Shown here: positions 1-10,549 of the stretch, one piece after another | Numbering within the stretch: position 1 is the first letter of the stretch | Layout: every line of letters starts with the position of its first letter | NCBI GenBank assembly: GCA_963826525.1 | Contig: CAWGXH010000004.1 | Coordinates: 64,001-128,000, forward strand | Length of the DNA stretch: 64,000 nt | Direction: 5' to 3' | Source of the DNA: an uncultured Methanomicrobiaceae archaeon | GTDB lineage: Archaea > Halobacteriota > Methanomicrobia > Methanomicrobiales > Methanoculleaceae | The notes under the pieces: generated by a model | Database searches by the model: none | Seen by the model: the letters and a program-made list of their open reading frames with translations, nothing else | What the model was told of the DNA's origin: nothing | Translations under genes and position numbers: made by a program

Positions 1-222
1 GGTGCGCGAACCGGCGGCACTCGCCCCGAGACAGGCGGAGAGTGCGGAGAACTCACTCTCCACGGTCATGTAATCGGCATCGAGCTCACAGTTCGCCACC
101 ATATCGGCGAGCGCCTCGACGATGTGCGTCTGCGGTGTGATCGGGTAGGCTGCGACGACCTGCGGCCGGCAGAACTTCACGATCTCGGCGACGGCATGAG
201 AGCCTTCGGTGATCTGCAACAT
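1..222 (-). CDS. porA: Pyruvate:ferredoxin oxidoreductase alpha subunit, 5' part (runs off the window)
   Basis: Manual translation from ATG at 222: [36 protein letters not shown]...[14 protein letters not shown]; contains YPITP and ESE motifs; lies directly after porD. Confidence 0.93.
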   Translation of the reverse strand, partial: MLQITEGSHAVAEIVKFCRPQVVAAYPITPQTHIVEALADMVANCELDADYMTVESEFSALSACLGASAAGSRT

Positions 223-483
223 TTATTTCTCCTCCTGTTCCATTCTGATCCCTTTCTTCGGGCATATCTCCGCACAGATGCCGCAGCCCTTACAGTAATC
301 GTAGTCGGGCACGAACTCCCCTTCTTCGGTCTCGAGGATACAGCCTTCGGGGCAGACGAGTGCGCACATCCCGCACTTCGTGCACTGCTCGGAATCGAAG
401 ACCGGTTTGAATACGCGCCACGAACCGGTCTTGTTCCGCCGCGTCTGGCCGGGCCGTGCAGCACAGCCGACATTCAGCGCCAT
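223..483 (-). CDS. porD: Pyruvate:ferredoxin oxidoreductase delta subunit (2x[4Fe-4S])
   Basis: NKTGSWR plus CTKCGMCALVCP and YCKGCGICAEICP ferredoxin motifs. Confidence 0.95.
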   Translation of the reverse strand: MALNVGCAARPGQTRRNKTGSWRVFKPVFDSEQCTKCGMCALVCPEGCILETEEGEFVPDYDYCKGCGICAEICPKKGIRMEQEEK

Positions 484-1025
484 CAGGAAGCACCTCCTGT
501 CAGTTCGTATGCACGGCGGGCGGCGAGGACGTTCTTCTCCGCCATGCTGCCCGTAAAGCGGTGCCGCAGTGCATTCTCAAGCGCACCGAACTCGATCTCT
601 CCGGTTGCGGCGGCGAAGGCACCCATCAGGGTGGTGTTGGTAATAGGTACACCGAGCACTTCGAGCGCGATGGATGTCGCATCGATGGTCAGTACCTTCA
701 CACCCTCCGGAATCCCGGCATCGGGAGCCCGCTCGGTATTGATAATGGCAATGCCGCCATCTTTCAGCCCCTGAAAGACGTTCACATCCTTGATCAGGGT
801 GCTGTCCTGCACAATGACGTAGTCAGGCTCGTACACCTGGCTGCGGAGCCGGATCTTCTTGTCGCTGAAACGGACGAATGCCTGAACGGGTGCACCGCGT
901 CGCTCCACACCGAAGGCGGGAAATGCCTGTGCATACACGCCGCTCTCGAATGCGGCAACCGCGATCAGCTCGGCCGCAGTGACAGAGCCCTGACCACCTC
1001 TCCCATGGATACGTAACTCTCTCAA
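483..1025 (-). CDS. porC: Pyruvate:ferredoxin oxidoreductase gamma subunit
   Basis: RIHGRGGQG and FGVERRGAPV motifs; TTG start; operon order gamma-delta-alpha. Confidence 0.95.
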   Translation of the reverse strand: MRELRIHGRGGQGSVTAAELIAVAAFESGVYAQAFPAFGVERRGAPVQAFVRFSDKKIRLRSQVYEPDYVIVQDSTLIKDVNVFQGLKDGGIAIINTERAPDAGIPEGVKVLTIDATSIALEVLGVPITNTTLMGAFAAATGEIEFGALENALRHRFTGSMAEKNVLAARRAYELTGGAS

Positions 1026-1054
1026 TGGAAACCCCTCATAATTTTACATGATTA

Positions 1055-1070
1055 ATAATATAAATAAACC
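1055..1070 (-). promoter_or_regulatory. Probable archaeal TATA box for the por operon
   Basis: TTTATA on the minus strand (1064-1059) in an AT-rich patch ~35 bp upstream of the porC start. Confidence 0.5.
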
Positions 1071-1295
1071 GTAGCCAGTGCGTTATCAGCCCGGGATAGT
1101 ATAAAAAGGGCACGGCGAGGTTCAGACCGAACGGGAGACCGCCGGATCTGCGATCTCTGCACAGACCAAGCAGGAGCAGCAGCATCTCCGGAACAGGAGT
1201 GTACAGTAGGTTCCGGACGGCCTATAAAGAGAGGGAGGGTTATAGCCTCTTCACCGGATACCATTCCGGCTATCACGTCGGATGCAGAAACGCCC

Positions 1296-1914
1296 TCACT
1301 GCACGTTCGCCCAGCGTCCCCGGATCTCGTCGATGGAGCAGTGCCGCACCTCCATGAGGCCTGATATAATGGCATCGGCAAAGACGAGGGCGGCGGTCTC
1401 AAAGATGGTCTCGGCCGGGGTGGTCTCTGCGGAGGCCGAGCGGGTACTGCCCCGTGAGCTGGCGGACCTCAAAGTCGGTCGGGACGTCCGGCCGTAAGAG
1501 ATCATGGTTCCCGAGGGTCACCGTGGCATCGGCGATCCGCCCGATAGACGAGTCCGGCGTAGCGGTGATACATGCGATCCGTCCCCCGAGGTCGCGGGCG
1601 ATCTCGCAGGTCTCCACGACGGATTTGGTCTCACCCGATCCTGAGAAGGCCACCAGCAGGTCGCCCTTCCCGAACGCAGGGGTGATCGTCTCCCCGACAA
1701 CATAGGACTCAAACCCGAGATGCATGAGCCTCATGCCGAACGCTCTCCCCACCAGCCCGGATCTGCCCGCACCGACGACGTAGATCCTGTTCGCGGAGAG
1801 GATCTCGTCAAGGAACTGTGCCGCCTCATCCTGGCTGATCGCCCGGGCGGTCTCTTCCACCCGCGATGCCGCATGAAGCATGAGATCAAGAATACTGCAG
1901 CAGTCAACCGGCAT
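1296..1914 (-). CDS. hxlB: 6-phospho-3-hexuloisomerase (SIS domain), one frameshift near 1440
   Basis: GAGRSGLV, FGMRLMHLG, VVGETITP and SGSGET in ORF 1399-1914; C-terminal TIFETAALVFADAII...WANVQ in ORF 1296-1505. Confidence 0.9.
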
Positions 1915-1976
1915 ACCGTAGTCTCCAACTATTCTCTTCTGTTCTCCACCTATTTACCGTCTGCGCCGCCGGGGTC

Positions 1977-2849
1977 TCATAGATCGACTGCAAGACCGAG
2001 AATCTCGCTCTTTCCGGTAAAGACGTCGCGGGCGATCCGCACAAGCCCCCGCGCAGCACACCACTCATCGTAGACGGCCACAGGGCGTCCGAGCAGGTCC
2101 TCGACACCGGCGGCGATCACCGGCCCCATCGAGCCGGCGAGCGCCACCTTCGCATCGGGATTCAGGAGAAGCATCGCAGCACACTCCATCGCCGCGAACA
2201 TGGTGAGCGTCGCCACCCGGTGCTCCTCCGGCACCGAGCAGTTCACCCCGGCGCTCAGAAACGCCTCGTTCGCGGTCCACTCGCCCCGGTCGACCTTCCG
2301 GATGGCGTCGACGTCGAGAGCGCCGTGCTGCGTTCCGGGTGCGAAGATACAGGCGTCGAACGCTCCCGTAAGACGGCCGGCCGTAACGAGGAGGGTGACG
2401 GTGTTGGAACTCGTATCGCACACTACCAGATCCCCCCCAAGATCGCGAGCGACCTCGTAAACGATCCCGATCTTCTCGGGGCTCGCCTGGTGAGAGTAGG
2501 CTTTGAACCGCGGATCGGTGGGCGAGCCACGGTGCAACCCCGGAATGACAATTGCCGGCAGGCCTGATCCGGCTATCTCGTCGTAGACCCGCGTGCCTCC
2601 GCCGATATGCTTCCCCGCCCCTTCCCGGCTGACAATGCCGCGGTTCTCAACCTTCCGGATATCGGTGATTGCACTGATACCATCGCCCATGGAGTAGCAG
2701 ACGGCGACCCCTTCGATATCCCCGAGGGGGCAGAGCCGCTTAAGATCCTGAACCTTGAACGTGACTGCGGCCTGGCGGGATATCTTGAACTCCGCCTCCC
2801 CGGATGAAAATCGCATGGCTGTCGTTCCGTGATCGATCCCGATATACAT
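1977..2849 (-). CDS. Methanogenesis marker protein 12 (UPF0285, ASKHA-like)
   Basis: MYIGIDHGTTAMRF, YSMGDG, GAGKHIGGGT, SHQASPEK and HGALD motifs. Confidence 0.88.
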   Translation of the reverse strand: MYIGIDHGTTAMRFSSGEAEFKISRQAAVTFKVQDLKRLCPLGDIEGVAVCYSMGDGISAITDIRKVENRGIVSREGAGKHIGGGTRVYDEIAGSGLPAIVIPGLHRGSPTDPRFKAYSHQASPEKIGIVYEVARDLGGDLVVCDTSSNTVTLLVTAGRLTGAFDACIFAPGTQHGALDVDAIRKVDRGEWTANEAFLSAGVNCSVPEEHRVATLTMFAAMECAAMLLLNPDAKVALAGSMGPVIAAGVEDLLGRPVAVYDEWCAARGLVRIARDVFTGKSEILGLAVDL

Positions 2850-2887
2850 AAGCAGTAATCCTATAGGCATGGTAAGCATATTATTCT

Positions 2888-3821
2888 ATGATGTTCTGTA
2901 TCGTGACCGGCGGTGCCGGGTTCATCGGTTCGCACCTCGTAGACTATCTGGCGGCTCGGGGAGACGAGCTTCTGGTCATCGACGACTGCAGCGGCGGAAG
3001 CCGGAATAACCTCGCGCACCACCTTGCAGACGAACGGATCGTGCTCTGTGAGGAAAACCTCCTCCAGGACGGGTGGCAGCAGCACCTTGCCGGAGCCGAC
3101 CGGGTCTACCACATGGCTGCAGACCCCGATGTGCGGCAGAGCGCTCTCGCGCCGGATACGCAGGTGAACAACAATATCCTGGCCACCTACCGGGTGCTCG
3201 AGGCGATGCGGGCACACGAGGTGCCGGAACTCGTCTTCACCTCGACCTCGACCGTCTACGGAGAGGCCACCGTCATCCCGACACCCGAGACCTACACGCC
3301 GCTTGAACCTATCTCGGTCTACGGTGCGAGCAAACTTGCATGCGAAGCGCTTATCTCATCCTACTGTCACTCCTTCGGGATGCATGCGTGGGTCTACCGG
3401 TTCGCCAACATCATCGGGGAGAGGAGCGGTCACGGAGTCATCTGGGACTTTATCAAAAAACTGCGGGCGAACCCGCGGGAACTCGAGATCCTGGGCGACG
3501 GACGGCAGACAAAGTCCTACCTCGACGTCGGCGAATGTATCCGGGCACTGGAGTTCGGGGTCGCGCACTCCAAAGGCCCGGTCAATACGTTCAATATCGG
3601 ATCCGAAGACTGGATCGATGTCGTGGCCATTGCCGACATCATCGTGGAGGAGATGGGCTCTCTCGGACGTGCAGTATCGGTTCACCGGCGGCAACCGCGG
3701 CTGGGTCGGCGACGTCCCGAGGATGCAGCTTGCTATCGATAAACTGAAGGGGCTCGGCTGGGAGCCGGAGATCACATCACGGGAGAGCGTGCGCCGGGCC
3801 GTCCGCGCCATGCTCGTATAA
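2888..3821 (+). CDS. NAD-dependent epimerase/dehydratase (UDP-glucose 4-epimerase-like), frameshift near 3660
   Basis: TGGAGFIGSH, YGASK and GDGRQTKSY; C-terminus GWVGDVP...LGWEP is in the next frame. Confidence 0.9.
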
Positions 3822-3832
3822 AGGAGGGACGA

Positions 3833-4297
3833 ATGGACCTTGCTTCAGCACTGCTCCTGATGATCGCAAGCGCTCTGCCCATGATCGAGGCGCGCTACGC
3901 GATCCCCCCCGCCATCCTCTCCGGACAGTTCACCGCACCGGAGGCGTTCCTCCTCGGGTTCATCGGCAACGTCATTCCGGTGATCGTCGTGCTGCTCCTG
4001 CTCGAACCGGTCTCGATCTACCTCAGCACGCATTCACGGCATTTCGAGCGGTTCTTCATCTGGCTCTTTGACCGGACCAGAAAGCACAGCGAACGGTTTG
4101 AAGCGTGGGGCGCTCTCGCCCTGATACCGTTCGTGGCAGTGCCCCTGCCGGTAACCGGGGCATGGACTGCCTGCGTTGCGGCCTTCGTCTTCGGGATTCG
4201 CTTCCGCTACGCGCTCCCCACCATCGCCGCGGGAATCCTGATCGCCGCACTGATAACGACCCTGGCGACCATCGGCCTTGTCGGAGGGCTTTCATGA
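3833..4297 (+). CDS. COG2426 small multidrug-export-like membrane protein
   Basis: LPMIEARYAIP and FVAVPLPVTGAWT signature motifs; hydrophobic. Confidence 0.85.
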   Translation: MDLASALLLMIASALPMIEARYAIPPAILSGQFTAPEAFLLGFIGNVIPVIVVLLLLEPVSIYLSTHSRHFERFFIWLFDRTRKHSERFEAWGALALIPFVAVPLPVTGAWTACVAAFVFGIRFRYALPTIAAGILIAALITTLATIGLVGGLS

Positions 4298-5448
4298 AGT
4301 ATATCGTCATCCTCGGCGACGGGATGGCCGACGAACCGCTCGAAGAGCTCGGCGGCAGAACCCCGCTTGAGTACGCCCGCACCCCGAATATGGATCGGAT
4401 CGCCCGGGAGGGGCGCTGCGGCCTTCTGCAGACGGTGCCCGATGCGTTCGAACCGGGGAGCGATATCGCCAACCTCTCGATCCTCGGCTACGACCCGGCC
4501 GAATCCTATACAGGAAGGGGAGCGCTCGAAGCAGCGAGTATCGGGGTCGACCTCGCGGAGGAGGATGTGGCCTACCGCTGCAACCTAGTCACGGTTCGGG
4601 ACGGCATGATGGAAGACTTCAATGCAGGGCATATATCGAGCAGCGAAGGTGCCGGGCTCCTCCGGGACCTCGATACCGTGCTCGAAGAGGTCAGGCTCTA
4701 TCCCGGGATCAGCTACCGGAACCTGATAGTGGTGCCGGGCGGAGAGGGCGCCGCCACCACGCCGCCCCATGACATCGTCGGCCAGCCAATCGAGCCCTAC
4801 CTCCCGAAGGGAGCGGATGCAGAATCCCTTCTCCGGTGCATGAAGGCAAGCCGTGAGGTCTTTGCCGGGCACCCGCTGAACCGGCTCCGGATACAGGAGG
4901 GGAAGCTGCCCGCAACGCAGATATGGCCGTGGAGCGGCGGGAAGAAACCGTATCTACCGCTCTTTGCCGAAAAATACGGCCTCTCGGGCGGAATGATCTC
5001 GGCGGTCGACCTTCTCGGCGGCATCGCACGGCTTGCCGGGATGGAGGTGATCGCCGTTCCCGGGGCCACGGGATACCTCGACACCGACTACGAGGCCAAG
5101 GCACGCTACGCCGCCGAAGCTCTCGGGCACCTCGACTTCGTCTACATGCACGTCGAGGCTCCGGATGAAGCGGGGCATATGGGGAGCGTCGAAGAGAAGG
5201 TGCGGGCGATCGAGCGGCTCGACGAGGTTATCGGCCTGATCCTCGACGTACCCGATCTCGTCGTGGCAGTGCTCCCCGATCACCCGACACCGATCCGCAC
5301 GAAGACGCACAGCCGCGATCCCGTGCCGTTCGCCGTCCTTGGAAAGGGGACGGATGCCACAGCGGCTTTTTCCGAGAGAGAGGCGGCATCGGGATCCTAC
5401 GGCCTCATGCAGGCGAAGGACTTCCTCGAGATGCTCTTCTCGGCATAA
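4294..5448 (+). CDS. apgM: Cofactor-independent phosphoglycerate mutase (ApgM family)
   Basis: MKYIVILGDGMAD, PGSDIAN, YTGRG, HVEAPDEAGH and PDHPTP; ATG overlaps the previous stop. Confidence 0.92.
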   Translation: MKYIVILGDGMADEPLEELGGRTPLEYARTPNMDRIAREGRCGLLQTVPDAFEPGSDIANLSILGYDPAESYTGRGALEAASIGVDLAEEDVAYRCNLVTVRDGMMEDFNAGHISSSEGAGLLRDLDTVLEEVRLYPGISYRNLIVVPGGEGAATTPPHDIVGQPIEPYLPKGADAESLLRCMKASREVFAGHPLNRLRIQEGKLPATQIWPWSGGKKPYLPLFAEKYGLSGGMISAVDLLGGIARLAGMEVIAVPGATGYLDTDYEAKARYAAEALGHLDFVYMHVEAPDEAGHMGSVEEKVRAIERLDEVIGLILDVPDLVVAVLPDHPTPIRTKTHSRDPVPFAVLGKGTDATAAFSEREAASGSYGLMQAKDFLEMLFSA

Positions 5449-5480
5449 CCGGAAGACCGCCCGCAAGCCCACAGACGACC

Positions 5481-7028
5481 ATGAAAGAACCGGCATCAAT
5501 CGATATTGCAGAGAAGATCCGCAGGATCGAAGAAGAGATCGGACACCTCGCGCCGCTCCAGAAGGTGCTGCTGGGTACCGATGGTTCGGTAACACGTCTG
5601 CTCGAGATGGCGACCGGCCACCCTATCGAGGTCGTCACCCTGCTACAGGAGGTGACGCCGGCAGGCCCCGAGACCGCCGCGGAACTCGGGGTCGAACCGG
5701 GCGACGCCGTGAACTACCGGGTGGTGGAACTGAAAGACGGCCTGACCGGCGCTACCCTCATCTACGCCGTCTCTTTCACACCGCTTCAGCGTCTTGCACC
5801 CGACTTCAGAGACGATCTCCTCAAGGCGGATATCCCTATCGGCAGGATCCTTCAGCGGCACCGGATTGAATCGCGGCGGGAGATCACCGACGTCCGCATC
5901 ATCCCTGCAGACCCGCAACTCGGCAGGGCATTCAATATTCATCAGCAACAGACGCTGCTGTCGCGGAAGTACCGCATCATTCACAATCGGCAGCCGCTGA
6001 TTGCCATCGAGGAGATATTTCCCTCCACTTCGTTCTCCGGGAGAAAGCGTGTGGTGGTGAATGCACCGTCACGCATTCATATCACCCTGCTCGACATGAA
6101 CGGCAGTCTCGGGAGAGTGGACGGAGGCATCGGGATAGCACTCGATCATCCTGCCACTATTCTCGATGCACGCGAAAGTGCCGATCTTGTCGTGTACGGA
6201 GGCGATGACGACACCAGGCATCGTGTCAGAGAGACCGCCCGGGCGACGATGGATCACTTCTCGCTGCCGGGCGGAGCGGAGATAACCGTGCACGACACGA
6301 TCGGGCAGCATGTCGGCCTCGGCAGCGGGACGGCGCTCGCCCTTGGCGCGGGGAGTGCCCTCTGCAGACTCTACGGCCGGGACGCCGCAGTCCGCGACCT
6401 TGCGAAGATCGTCGGGCGCGGCGGAACGTCCGGCATCGGGACGGCGGTCTTCGAGCAGGGCGGATTTATCCTCGACGGCGGACACCGGCTCGGGCAACCC
6501 GGTGGAAAGGTGGATTTCCGGCCATCCGCCGCGTCCCGCGGGATTGAGCCGCCGCCCGTCATCACCCGGCACCCGTTTCCCGAAGACTGGCAGATCCTGC
6601 TGGTCACGCCGAACGGCGGCACCGGCGTGCATGGGGCAACCGAGATCGATCTCTTCCGGGCGCACTGCCCCGTGCCGCTCGGCGAGGTGCGGGAACTCTG
6701 CCACGACGTGCTGATGCGGCTGATCCCCGGACTGATCGAGCACGACCTGGACACCTTCGGCACCGCCATAAGCCGGATCCAGCACCTGGGCTTTAAGAAA
6801 GTCGAACTCGCCGTGCAGCCGCCGGTTGTCCCGTCACTCATGGAGGCGCTGACTGACGCAGGTGCCGCAGGAGCAGGCTTAAGCTCGTTCGGCCCGACGG
6901 TCTATGCCATCGGCGATTCCGGCATGGACGACATCATCAGGGCGGCGAAAGAGACGCTCGGCGATCCCGGAGGAGCCATCGTCCTTACGAAGGCCAGGAA
7001 CACCGGGGCAGACGTAACGGCACTATGA
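5481..7028 (+). CDS. Fusion: DUF98/UbiC-like chorismate-lyase domain plus beta-RFA-P synthase (GHMP kinase fold, methanopterin biosynthesis)
   Basis: N-terminal LLGTDGSVTRLLE, DIPIGRIL, IEEIFP; C-terminal PSRIHITLLDMNG, HVGLGSGT, RGGTSGIG, GGFILDGGH, SSFGPT; single uninterrupted ORF. Confidence 0.88.
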   Translation: MKEPASIDIAEKIRRIEEEIGHLAPLQKVLLGTDGSVTRLLEMATGHPIEVVTLLQEVTPAGPETAAELGVEPGDAVNYRVVELKDGLTGATLIYAVSFTPLQRLAPDFRDDLLKADIPIGRILQRHRIESRREITDVRIIPADPQLGRAFNIHQQQTLLSRKYRIIHNRQPLIAIEEIFPSTSFSGRKRVVVNAPSRIHITLLDMNGSLGRVDGGIGIALDHPATILDARESADLVVYGGDDDTRHRVRETARATMDHFSLPGGAEITVHDTIGQHVGLGSGTALALGAGSALCRLYGRDAAVRDLAKIVGRGGTSGIGTAVFEQGGFILDGGHRLGQPGGKVDFRPSAASRGIEPPPVITRHPFPEDWQILLVTPNGGTGVHGATEIDLFRAHCPVPLGEVRELCHDVLMRLIPGLIEHDLDTFGTAISRIQHLGFKKVELAVQPPVVPSLMEALTDAGAAGAGLSSFGPTVYAIGDSGMDDIIRAAKETLGDPGGAIVLTKARNTGADVTAL

Positions 7029-7479
7029 CGCGTCGCCGCCACCCGGCCGGCAGATTCGTTCGGAGCCGTTGAGAGCCGCCGCATAGGGCGGGTACCCCTG
7101 CCATGCAGTGCGGGGATGTATGCAGTTCTCCGGAAGTGCGGAACTCCCGTTCCGCCAGCTTCATGTCCGGGCGGAGGCCGTTCCTCCCCCGGTTTTCCAG
7201 TACGTGTCACCGTACCGGGGATGAGCGCCTTTGGAGATACCGGTTACCATCTCGGATGCGGGGCAGTGCAGGAATGAACCTACGTTCCCTTTTAACAGCC
7301 ACGCGCGCAGCCTCAGCCACGTTCCCACTTCAGGCTTATTAAAGCTCGTATTTAAGGGAATCGGGCACAGAAAAGGCCCATTATCACCAAGGGATCTTCA
7401 GAAAGAGGTTATTTTGAAACGTCGGCATGAAGGCATGCTGACGGCAATTATTGCCGGGAGCCGGAAAAGATGAGGCTAT

Positions 7480-7710
7480 CGGAACCGGTTCATCAAATAA
7501 AACAATTCTAACCGTGCAAGAGGAAGACGAAGATGCCCGGCGGCTAATTTACCAACATAATATTAATAGTTATCCCACATTAGATTCTGTTTTAAACAAC
7601 CAATATTCCAATTATAATTGTAAAAAATACACTAATATTAAAATAAAGTGATCTTTTGCACGATTCAAAATGTTGCTGCTATAAATAATAGAATTTCAAA
7701 AAAATACTGA
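7480..7710. promoter_or_regulatory. Very AT-rich intergenic region at the island boundary; probable promoter of the surface-protein gene
   Basis: Abrupt AT-rich stretch with TATAAATA near 7680, ~100 bp upstream of ATG 7782. Confidence 0.5.
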
Positions 7711-7781
7711 GGGGATGACCTCTCAGCGCCATCATGGAGACAATTCAGAAGTTTCCTGGAGGCAGTTAAGGAGAAGAATGC

Positions 7782-10291
7782 ATGAGAACAACCCTACTTA
7801 TAGGCTTTGATCCTGTGCACGGCTTTTGCACTGGTTTCACCGGCACTGGCTGCAGAAAGCCAGGCGGTGTCTTCAGATGCCTACGATATCACCGTGTACA
7901 TCGACGGCACGAGGATCGTTGCAGAAGATAGCAACGGTCAGGTGATCAGCGACGGAACAGCTGGAATAGATGACGACAGAGTCGTTCAAACTGCACTGAA
8001 AGTCTGTCGGCAACGGCATCGTACTCCTTCAGTCCGGAGCCTACACCCTGAAGACTCCCATCGAGGTAAAGGTCTCCAACCCCGAGCCGGCCGGCCTGAC
8101 CGTCTCATCGACGCCGCCAGGGGCTGGAATCTATCTGGACGGGGCAGACACCGGGAAAGTAACACCATATACGCTCACCGGGATCTCACCCGGAGTCCAT
8201 GAGGTATCTGTCGCACTCCCGGGTTACGTCACACCCACCGCGAAGACCGTAACGGTAATCGCCGGAGAGACGGCAACCACCAGTTTCACTCTCAGCCCGG
8301 AGGGTTCCTCCGATTCACAGAAACCCTACAAGGCACACGCTATCCCCGGCCGGATCAACTTCGTTGACTTCGACTACGGCGAAGAGGGTGCCGCCTACCA
8401 CGACACCGTGGCAGGCAACCAGGGCGGCTACTCGTACCGCACCGATAACGCCGATGTGGACATCGGCGAAAGAACCGGCCTCGACGTGCCGGTTATTGCC
8501 TACACCTACCCCGAAGAGTGGATTACATTCTCCGAGGTAACAGTGGCCACGACGAACACCTATGCTGCCACGTTCTACACGAGCACCACAGAGAGCGGCA
8601 AGTCCTTCTCGGTCCTGGTGGACGGGAAGAAAGTCGCGACCGTCAATGCTCCGAACACCGGCAGTCGGTATACGTTCAACCCGACCACCGTGCAGATTCC
8701 GCTCACCAGCGGGAAGCACACCATGCAGATCACCATGGATACCGGATCGTTAGACCTGGCGTACGTCGTGTTCGCAGCGGCGGCATCACCGACCCCGACC
8801 CCGACGTCGACACCGACCCCCACAGTGACTCCCACGCCAACACCGACGGCAGGCACGCCTGATCTCGTCGTGACCGATATCTCCTGGACACCGACAACTC
8901 CGGTAACCGGCGATGCGATCACAATGAAAGCGACGATCAAGAACCAGGGCACTGTTGCAACACCGTCCGGCATCGTCCACGGCGTGGCCTTCACCTCAGA
9001 CGGCAACCTTGGATCCGCGGTCTGGTCTGACAGTCACACGGCTTCCATCGCTCCCGGCGCATCGGTCACGGTGACCGCGAACGGCGGCTCTGCCGGTGCG
9101 ACCTGGACTGCGGCTGCAGGTACCTACACAATTACTGCGACGGTCGACGACATGAGCCGGATCGCAGAGAGCAACGAGAACAACAACGTATTCACCAAGA
9201 CGATGACGGTGAACGCGCCTACGTCGACGCCGACGCCGACACCCACCACAACACCGAGACCCACCGTAACGCCGACGCCCACGGTAACCCCATCACCGAC
9301 TCCCAGCCAGAATACCTACGGAGCGGATGCCAACCCCACCGGAAGCCCGGTTGGAGGAGGGAACGGGTATAAGAACTACGTGAGCCGGAACAACGCAGAC
9401 TTCATCGTCGACACGACAAGCGAGCTCGTGAGCGCACTCAGCTCGGCGCAGTCCGGCGACATCATCTGGGTCGAGGGGAACGCAAACATCGACATGAGCA
9501 GCCGAACCACCACGATACGCAGCGGGGTCACCCTTGCAAGCGACCGGGGCCTGGATGGGTCCGCAGGCGGCAGGATCTACCAGACATCTGCTGGAAGCCG
9601 GCTGTTTACAATCGGCGGTCAGAATGTGAGGATCAGCGGCCTTCGTATCGAGGGACCGCAGAAGGACACCAGTGCGTCATCGACGAACGTTGGTATCTAC
9701 ACCTCCTACCGGAACCTCGAAGTGGACAACTGTGAGCTCTTCGGCTGGGGCAATGCCGCAATCGGTATTGCCGGCACCGGCGGATCCGACATGAAGACCG
9801 GCGCGTACATCCACCACAACTACATCCACCACAACCAGGTGGCCGGTCTCGGGTACGGCGTCTGCTTATCCAGCGGCGGTGTAGCTCTCGTCGAGGCGAA
9901 CTACTTCGACTACTGCCGACACGCTATCACCGGCGCCGGGAACCCCGGAGATGGGTATGAGGCGAGGTACAACATCTGCGGTCCGAACTGGATCACCACG
10001 TCTCCCCACAACTTCGACATGCACGGAACATCGTCCGGCTCCACCACGATCGCCGGAGACACGATCATAATCCACCACAACACGTTCCTGGGTACAACCT
10101 CCCAGATGCCGACGTGCATTGCCATCCGGGGTGTCCCCCGTGACGGCGCATACATCGACCACAACTGGTTCTACTTCACCAGGGATGCACCCGTCTGGCA
10201 GACCGGTGGAAAAACAGGGATCAGCATGACGAACAACCTGATCGGCGCAAGTGGAACTCTCTCCGTATCGGGTCCGATCAAGTATTACTAA
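7782..10291 (+). CDS. Secreted multidomain surface protein: signal peptide, PEGA, CBM6-like, PT linker, CARDB, PT linker, parallel beta-helix; two frameshifts (~7806, ~8000)
   Basis: Stitched frames give MRTTLLIGLILCTAFALVSPALA; SSTPPGAGIYLDG (PEGA); IPGRINFVDFDYGEEGAAYHDT (CBM6-like); PDLVVTDI...ESNENNN (CARDB); VDNCE/HHNYIHHN/FDMHG (beta-helix). Confidence 0.82.
8786..8849 (+). repeat. Pro/Thr linker repeat (a second one at ~9217-9305)
   Basis: Encodes SPTPTPTSTPTPTVTPTPTPT with degenerate codons. Confidence 0.8.
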
Positions 10292-10334
10292 CGGAAGAAC
10301 GGGCAGGAAAGGTCAAGAACGACCCTTCAATGCA

Positions 10335-10350
10335 CCTTCCTTTTTTTCTG
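10335..10350 (+). terminator. Oligo-T archaeal terminator
   Basis: CTTCCTTTTTTTC ~50 bp after the stop at 10291. Confidence 0.5.
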
Positions 10351-10549
10351 TGAGAGTTCTGTTAAACTATCAGATGCGATCCAGCGGAACTATCCATGGC
10401 ACCCGGCAGTAGAGCCTAAACCCGGGATCATGCTGAAAGATTGCACCCACCAGGCACTCGTGTATGGTAAAATCGGATTGCACTACTGGCCGGCAATGCG
10501 CTTTTCAGCAATAAGTATATAGGCTAAAGGAGCCAGACACGGGAGTCGA

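Noticed and set aside
1070-1295. Structured RNA between hxlB and porC
   Set aside because: No tRNA, SRP or RNase P signature recognised
124-7210. Many long overlapping ORFs on opposite strands or frames
   Set aside because: Shadow ORFs typical of GC-rich DNA over well-identified genes
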